Source of the DNA: a virus
IMG/VR virus record: IMGVR_UViG_3300002925_000021
Coordinates: 15,884 to 79,883 of that record
Length of the DNA: 64,000 nucleotides
Strand: one strand, 5' to 3'
Of this stretch, positions 57,848 to 64,000 are shown one piece after another. A program made the translations under genes and the position numbers. Under the pieces are notes generated by a model, which saw only the letters and a program-made list of their open reading frames with translations, had not been told where the DNA came from and ran no database searches. How positions within the stretch are numbered: the first letter of the stretch is position 1; every line of letters starts with the position of its first letter.

Positions 57848-60800
57848 TTATCCCTGAATGAAGTTGCCACGATTGGTGAGCACAAAGTCAATCGAAAGGA
57901 ATTCCAGTGTCTTCGTAGGCACCAGGAAAATCTTGCCACGAATGGTTTTATTTTCCACGTCAGCCTGTGTGGTCGTGGTGGTGTCAATTACCACTTTATA
58001 ATTATCCACGCCTTGTTGATCTTGAACCCGCTTGAAGATTGGGTTCACAAGCTGAGAGAAACGGGCAAGTGTGGCTTCCTTGTTCTGTTCGAATAGGATT
58101 CTGTTGGCGACTCTACGCACTTCTCTACGAAGTGAAATGAGCAACCTACGGACATTCACACGGTCCAAAGAACTCTGCCGAGCCAGCACCGTCTTCTGTC
58201 CCCAAACGACCGGTCCCGTGCTTCCAGGGAAGGAAACGATAGGGTTAATGTTGACCGAGTACAACGCATCCATGTTTGCCTTGGACAACCGGACAACTGG
58301 TTCATTTGTTGTGTCTAGAGCACCTCTAGCAAACCCTGCCGGGGCGAACCATGGGAAAGCTACTGCATCGTTCTTGCTGAAAGCTCCCAAGACGGCAACG
58401 CTTGGTGGAACTCGAACGACCTCACGGTTGAATGTGTCTCTCAGCGTCACATCAGGGAAGTAGGCAGCAGCAAAGGAACTATTCAGACCACGACCTGAGA
58501 AATCTGTTGTGGTAAAGTTCACACTGATTCTCTGGGAATCAGAGGTTACCAGTGTATCGTTCACATCTCTTTCTTCGATATCAAAGATAAGCATCGCATC
58601 AAACCGGTCTTCCGTGGCACGGATAGCCGTGTCCGTTACAAACCGATGACGAATTCCTGGAATTGCCAACAGTTGTATGTCAACTTCCGAGGTGTCCTTA
58701 AGAAGTTCAATTGCCTTGGTGTAAGCCGAGACAGTAGATCCAGCCGAGAACCCACGAGAGACAAAAGTCATTTCTTCAACAATGGCCTTGTTGGTCATTT
58801 GGGCCGTATCAGAGTTGAAGATACGAACACCATCAAACCCACCCTGGAATGGTACTGTGAACTTGGCTATTGCACGAACACTTGGTTCTGACAGATCGTT
58901 TACAGTCAAAGCCCTTGTTTTAGCAGCAAAATTTGTGGTAATGCTTCCTGCTCGAACGTAAGACCACTGATCAAGTTTGGTAGAGTCAGCAAGATTGGAA
59001 GCTGAATTATAAACGACCTTGATGTTCTCAAGGCTGAAAGCGTTATTGTTGAAACGATCAGCATCCAATATACCATTTGCGGTCGTATCAGGCGCTCCTT
59101 CGTTAGAACCCGTAAGAGGATTCATCCAATCAATGTGGAAGTTGGGGAAATACTTTGCAAAAGATGAAATAGTTGGATTTGGAACGTAGCTGGAATTCGG
59201 ATCTGAAACCGATTCCATCCGTTCAAACTGGACCCCCCAGTAGAGGGCCTTATCGGTTGTCTGCGTTGGCGCCAATCCACGAGTCAGCTTGAGTCTGAAC
59301 GGAACAGGAGGCTGCACAAGTTTGTGGAAGGGGTTAGTGGACGTGAACCCAGCCGTGTCCGTGTGGGCAGGCATAGGAGCAGTCCCAGAGGTCACCAAGT
59401 GAGGTAGACCACGGAACCCCATGGGGAGAGCCGTCTCTGGCATTTCCCCATTTACCACGTCGTCAGCGATCTCTACGCGGATGTACCGACTACGAACAGG
59501 ATAAACCCCCTCGGTCGTCAACTTCTGCTTTCCCTGGGAAGCATCAAAATTATAGAATACACGGGTGTTACCGATGATGTTACCGATGAAACGTGGATTG
59601 CTTGGGTCAAGTGACAGTCCCCTCCACTGTTCCAGGACAACCCGATTGTTGTCATTGTCGCCAAAATCGCGAACCAGAAGGTCAAAGGTTCCAAAATTTG
59701 TGGTGTCTGTGGTACTTGGCTGAATATTCTCAATGCTGATCTTCAGCTTCGAGTTTGGTTCTTCACCATCTCCCAAAGCCCAAATCCTGAACAGGTTAAC
59801 GGGATTACCACCGAACTTTTGAGAGGTAATCCACGGAGTTGCAGCCGTACGGAACCGGTCCTCAAAATTCTCAAAATTCGGAACCGTCAGTGTTCCAGTG
59901 TTCCAGGCCTGAGAACCTGTCAAAAGAAAGGCTACTCGTTCACGGTTGTTGTTGCCTGGAACAGTAGCACCAGAAGCAGCCGGGATGATTCCTGAACCTG
60001 TAACCACAGCAAAGGCTGGATGGATGTCATATTGAGAATAAAGGACGTATCCTGCATTTTCAAGCTTCTGCGGATCCTTGTTGAAGATCCTGCCAAAGTA
60101 ATTCGGAGCGGACACATCAAAGGATGCAGTAATGACGTTACTATAAGCCGTCTCACTAGCCTTGTGCCCGTTCAAGAACATTACGAATTCTTGTTTCCCT
60201 GATCCAAGGTTCACAGCTCCAGTGATAGCTCCTCGAATGTTTGCAGGCGTAGCAGGCAGTGTCTTGTCAGGAACCGTCGAGTTGGTGTTGAAAGAACTGG
60301 AAAGCGTCAGGACAACGCCCGAAGCAGCCATCACTATGCCACGAATAATCGGTACTCCCTCAGCAGCCTGACCAGCATCCGTAAAAATGGTAGAACCGTT
60401 TGACTGAGACATAAACGTCCCCAGGAAATAGGTTCTGCCTAATGGCCCGCCGCTGTTTGCATAAATGTTTGCACCTAGGTTGCCAGAAAGAGTGGACTGA
60501 GGCTGTCGGTCTCCAACGACAAAACCGGCATTGTTGACTTTGCCTTTGTTGTTTCCAGAGAGAACTCGCTGTTTAGCATCTCCAACACCCAAAACACGAA
60601 GAAAGGTTACTGCTTGTGCATTCCGAAGCCACTCGTTGACTGCAAGAGGGGCATTCCGGTACAACGGTGTAGGAGCACCAAACTTTACCACGAAGTCATT
60701 CATCGTAGGCAAAGTGATAGGCACAAAGGCTGGACCTTTGAGAGAAGTGCCAATAACACCAGCAGGTACCCCAACCGGTTCAATCGAAGTAGGACCAGTT

Positions 60801-60850
60801 AGGTTAATTTCCCTTGTGGTGACACCAGCGCTTTGAAATCCTTGAGCCAT
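57848..60850 (-). CDS. Tail sheath protein (paralog 1)
   Basis: S.GV..REI.L, GPAF.P, LAIPGI, AAAYFPDV, PWFAPAG..RG, INPI..FP, WGQKT, R.NVRRL. Confidence 0.93.
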   Translation of the reverse strand: MAQGFQSAGVTTREINLTGPTSIEPVGVPAGVIGTSLKGPAFVPITLPTMNDFVVKFGAPTPLYRNAPLAVNEWLRNAQAVTFLRVLGVGDAKQRVLSGNNKGKVNNAGFVVGDRQPQSTLSGNLGANIYANSGGPLGRTYFLGTFMSQSNGSTIFTDAGQAAEGVPIIRGIVMAASGVVLTLSSSFNTNSTVPDKTLPATPANIRGAITGAVNLGSGKQEFVMFLNGHKASETAYSNVITASFDVSAPNYFGRIFNKDPQKLENAGYVLYSQYDIHPAFAVVTGSGIIPAASGATVPGNNNRERVAFLLTGSQAWNTGTLTVPNFENFEDRFRTAATPWITSQKFGGNPVNLFRIWALGDGEEPNSKLKISIENIQPSTTDTTNFGTFDLLVRDFGDNDNNRVVLEQWRGLSLDPSNPRFIGNIIGNTRVFYNFDASQGKQKLTTEGVYPVRSRYIRVEIADDVVNGEMPETALPMGFRGLPHLVTSGTAPMPAHTDTAGFTSTNPFHKLVQPPVPFRLKLTRGLAPTQTTDKALYWGVQFERMESVSDPNSSYVPNPTISSFAKYFPNFHIDWMNPLTGSNEGAPDTTANGILDADRFNNNAFSLENIKVVYNSASNLADSTKLDQWSYVRAGSITTNFAAKTRALTVNDLSEPSVRAIAKFTVPFQGGFDGVRIFNSDTAQMTNKAIVEEMTFVSRGFSAGSTVSAYTKAIELLKDTSEVDIQLLAIPGIRHRFVTDTAIRATEDRFDAMLIFDIEERDVNDTLVTSDSQRISVNFTTTDFSGRGLNSSFAAAYFPDVTLRDTFNREVVRVPPSVAVLGAFSKNDAVAFPWFAPAGFARGALDTTNEPVVRLSKANMDALYSVNINPIVSFPGSTGPVVWGQKTVLARQSSLDRVNVRRLLISLRREVRRVANRILFEQNKEATLARFSQLVNPIFKRVQDQQGVDNYKVVIDTTTTTQADVENKTIRGKIFLVPTKTLEFLSIDFVLTNRGNFIQG

Positions 60851-60880
60851 TGCTTAAACCTTCCTGACACAGCTATGCCG

Positions 60881-60886
60881 TAAGTA
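60881..60886 (-). promoter_or_regulatory. Candidate late promoter TACTTA (sheath 1)
   Basis: 31 nt upstream of the sheath start. Confidence 0.5.
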
Positions 60887-61099
60887 TAGGCTTTCAGTAC
60901 ATTTGTAATTATCTTCAACGAAGAAAGGGCAATCCAAGAATGCTTTGACATTTCATATGGATCAATTTTCCTAGTTTCTCCCTGTTCTGAAGCCTCAACC
61001 ATTGTTCTTGGGTAAATCACTCATCAGCAATCTATTTGGTATTTCCCAGCTAAAAACCTTCAAGACTCAATCCACAGTCTGAGGAACCTTTTGACTAGC

Positions 61100-64000
61100 T
61101 TATAGGAACTGAACACCGCTCTGGGTCACAATGAAGTCAATTGCGATAATCTCGACCGATCTTGTTGGAACCATTCTGATTTGAACATTCATCCGGTTCG
61201 CATTGATGTCGGCCTCAGTGTTGTTTGTGTCATCGCAAATAACCTTGAACATCTCAATGCCAGCCCTTGTTTGCACTCCACCAAGGACAGCAGTGAACCT
61301 CTTTACCAGTTCTGTCCTGGTTTGCGTGGAAATTTGATCAAAGATGAACCGGTTGGCAATGTCAACAATTGTCTTCTTGACATCTAGAACCATTCTCTTG
61401 ACGTTGATTGAGGACAAAGCGCTCTTCGCTTGCTGCAAGGTGTTCTGTGACATAATCACATGGCCCTCACGCGGAAACTTCACGATTGGGTTGATCTTGA
61501 CTTCGGTAAGACGATCCCTCTCAGGCTGATTGATACGCACCTGGGTAAGCGTCACAAAATCCAGAGCAGCCCGGTTGAAGCCTGCTGGTGCAAACCATGG
61601 GAAAGCAACCCTATCGTTGTATCCAAGGGCTGCCAAAGCCCCCACAGACGCCGGAACAATAACCTTACGGTTGTTCGTCGTGTCATCAATCACGATGTTT
61701 GGGAAGTAAGCGGCAGCGTGGTTGTTATCTACCACCCTAGATTCAAAGTTGTCTGCCGTTGCCAAGACATCAATGTGCTTCCCAATATCCCCATCAAAAA
61801 CACGGTTCCCGTTGAAGTCGTAATAGGGGATATCCATGATGTACATGGACAATGTGTGTTCTTTAGTCTTAGTTCCTGCATCATCAGCCACGAAAGAGTC
61901 ACGGATCCCTGGAATCACCAGCAGATTGTGCTGGGATATGAATGGATCTGTGATGATCTTTACTGCGGTCTGGTAGGAAAAGATTGAAGCATTATTTTTT
62001 CCAATGCCGTTCTGGTTATAGTTAAACCCTGGAGAGATAAATGCGCCGTTGGCTCCTCCACCGGCTTCGGAAGACGTCGCTTTGTCATTCAGCTTTGAAG
62101 CATTCTTGTCCAGGATATTCACGCCATCAAACCCACCATACATGACCGTGGTGTACTTGGTGAAGTCTGAGAAACGGTTGAAGTCAGAAACCTGCGTGCT
62201 CTTCATTAGAAGAGTGGCCAGAGTTACACGAGCTCCATTTGTGTCCACGATAGTGTAATCAGAGGGATCCACTACACCGTTGCGGATGTAAGCCGTCTCC
62301 TTCATGTGAACATCAACTGTGCCTGTCACATCCGAGATAGAGGTGTTACTCAGAGCCACCCGGGCAAGTGTAAACTTGTTGTTGTTGAAATCATCAACGC
62401 GAGAACCAGTCACTAGCACATCCAGCTTGGAAATGCCATGAAACTTGGTCAAAGCAGCTACAAGAGCGTTAGGTTCGTTAGAAACGTTCGGGTTAAGAAC
62501 ATTTACGTTCCTTTCTGTCTTTACGCCCCAATAGTAACGTGAATCAACCACTTCATTTGGCCCTGGATACCCTTCAAATACAGCAGAGGCCGAAACCGCC
62601 CCTCGGGTCACCTTGAAACGGAAAGGCAGTGGTGGTACTACTGCGGCCAAAAGACGGCCATCCACGTTACCAGAGAGCCCAAAAGACCCAGAGGCACCAA
62701 GACGGATCAACGAACCAGAAACACCACCAACTGGAAGGCCATCCGTCATGGTGGTGTTAGTGTTAAGGAATTGGAATCCACGGAACCCAAATGGTAGAGC
62801 CAATCCTGGGACCATCTTCCGTGTCACAGCCTCATTCATCACCACTCGGATGATTTTAGACTTGTTTGGATTGCTTCCATCCTTCACCAGACGACGGTCT
62901 TCAGGGTCAACCACGTCAAAGGAAAAGGTAACCTTTGTGTCACCAATCACCTTCGCAATGTAGTTGTCCGAATCTGGATCCAGAGTAAGGTCATTGAATT
63001 GTTCAATGACCTTTGGTTCCACATCCGTATCATTAAAATCACGAACTATCAAAGAGAATGTTCCGTACTCGTTCCTTGGGTCTGCTGAAGCCTTAAGGGC
63101 GGCAATTGAAATCTTGAATTTGTCATTTGAGAAAGCACCATCATCCAGTGCTTCCACGTAAAACAGGTCGTACTCTGTCTGGCCAAATGGCTGGGAGATA
63201 AACCAAGGAGTCCTTGGAGTAGTGTAGCGAGTATCAAACCGGCCAAAAGCATCCCTGAACCGAAGAGTCGTATCTCCAGACGTTGTGGAAGTGTTACCTG
63301 AACCAGAAACCACTCCAATAGCATTGGAACCGGTTGAAACACTTGCAATCTCATCGTCAACTGCAAAGTCGCAGTACAAGAGATGCTTCTCTGTCTCGAA
63401 CTTGTCAGGATCCGTGTTAAGAATCTTTCCAATGTAGTTCTCATTGGTTGGATTCAGAGATGCCGTGAGAATTTTGAGGCCTGCAAATCCATCGGTTGTC
63501 CCAAAGCTGGTACCTGCCGAACTGGAGATAACCAGCTTGAACGCCTTGTAGGTTGGACTTGATGCACCTAGGTCCAGAGTGGCAAAGTCATCCATCTGCC
63601 CCGAAAAGGTGTCTGAAGAAGACATCACCATGATCCTGGTGTCGTAAGCAGTAAACAAGACGCCACGCACAAGGTACACGTCCGTAGACGATCCTGTCGT
63701 GAAGAAAGTGGCATTGTCCGAAAACATCGGAAATCCATAGACTTCCGTCCCTGTAACCACATGCTTCGCTACGATAAACTGAGTTGCACCCTTGAATCGA
63801 AGGTCGGTTCCGCTAACAGCAGAACCGGTAAGCTTGAATCCAGCATTGGTCACCGTGCCCTTCGATAGGGTGGTTTCAATATCAGTCTGAGTGCTGTTTG
63901 CTCCAGCACCAAGAACACGAATGAAAGTACAGGCAAAGCGGTTATCCAACCACTTTTGCACGGCATATAGAGCAGGATACTTTGGATTCAGATTCCCAAA
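61100..64000 (-). CDS. Tail sheath protein (paralog 2; partial, begins beyond window end)
   Basis: Frame open to base 64000 (FGNLNPKYPALYAVQKW); AAAYFPN, PWFAPAG..R, INPI..FP, INV.R. Confidence 0.92.
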   Translation of the reverse strand, partial: FGNLNPKYPALYAVQKWLDNRFACTFIRVLGAGANSTQTDIETTLSKGTVTNAGFKLTGSAVSGTDLRFKGATQFIVAKHVVTGTEVYGFPMFSDNATFFTTGSSTDVYLVRGVLFTAYDTRIMVMSSSDTFSGQMDDFATLDLGASSPTYKAFKLVISSSAGTSFGTTDGFAGLKILTASLNPTNENYIGKILNTDPDKFETEKHLLYCDFAVDDEIASVSTGSNAIGVVSGSGNTSTTSGDTTLRFRDAFGRFDTRYTTPRTPWFISQPFGQTEYDLFYVEALDDGAFSNDKFKISIAALKASADPRNEYGTFSLIVRDFNDTDVEPKVIEQFNDLTLDPDSDNYIAKVIGDTKVTFSFDVVDPEDRRLVKDGSNPNKSKIIRVVMNEAVTRKMVPGLALPFGFRGFQFLNTNTTMTDGLPVGGVSGSLIRLGASGSFGLSGNVDGRLLAAVVPPLPFRFKVTRGAVSASAVFEGYPGPNEVVDSRYYWGVKTERNVNVLNPNVSNEPNALVAALTKFHGISKLDVLVTGSRVDDFNNNKFTLARVALSNTSISDVTGTVDVHMKETAYIRNGVVDPSDYTIVDTNGARVTLATLLMKSTQVSDFNRFSDFTKYTTVMYGGFDGVNILDKNASKLNDKATSSEAGGGANGAFISPGFNYNQNGIGKNNASIFSYQTAVKIITDPFISQHNLLVIPGIRDSFVADDAGTKTKEHTLSMYIMDIPYYDFNGNRVFDGDIGKHIDVLATADNFESRVVDNNHAAAYFPNIVIDDTTNNRKVIVPASVGALAALGYNDRVAFPWFAPAGFNRAALDFVTLTQVRINQPERDRLTEVKINPIVKFPREGHVIMSQNTLQQAKSALSSINVKRMVLDVKKTIVDIANRFIFDQISTQTRTELVKRFTAVLGGVQTRAGIEMFKVICDDTNNTEADINANRMNVQIRMVPTRSVEIIAIDFIVTQSGVQFL

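Noticed and set aside
60799-61020. 73 aa ORF between the two sheath genes
   Set aside because: It overlaps the sheath start and its candidate promoter motifs and has no RBS or motif; likely spurious.

Overview
This window is part of a large (jumbo-type) tailed phage genome with a contractile tail. It runs from the end of a terminase large subunit gene through an accessory region (deaminase, ATP-grasp, HslV-like Ntn protease, CX5R phosphatase, RNase Z-like hydrolase, HExxH peptidases, tRNA-Ser, DNA methyltransferase, sigma factor, GroEL, Dps-like protein, class II amidotransferase). A replication and nucleotide block follows (thyA, class II RNR, DnaB-like helicase, 5'-3' exonuclease, dUTPase, RecA, SSB, HD protein, minimal family A polymerase). 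The tail block comes last (baseplate proteins, tape measure, chaperone, tube, two sheath paralogs). The main unexplained structure is a dispersed family of eight ORF-less IS200/IS605-type elements. Five are 142-220 nt cassettes that look like TnpB omega-RNA scaffolds and three are exactly 45 nt single-hairpin forms. All follow a TTGAH-like motif and are co-oriented with the gene upstream, and no TnpA or TnpB is encoded in the window. Other notable items are a promoter-driven ~250 nt structured RNA candidate, an apparently split sigma factor with a TANTTA late-promoter motif, a shared N-terminal leader on many late enzymes (including a kinase-like family), and a +1/-2 frameshift site in the tail chaperone. 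All calls come from manual motif reading; no database searches or folding programs were run.
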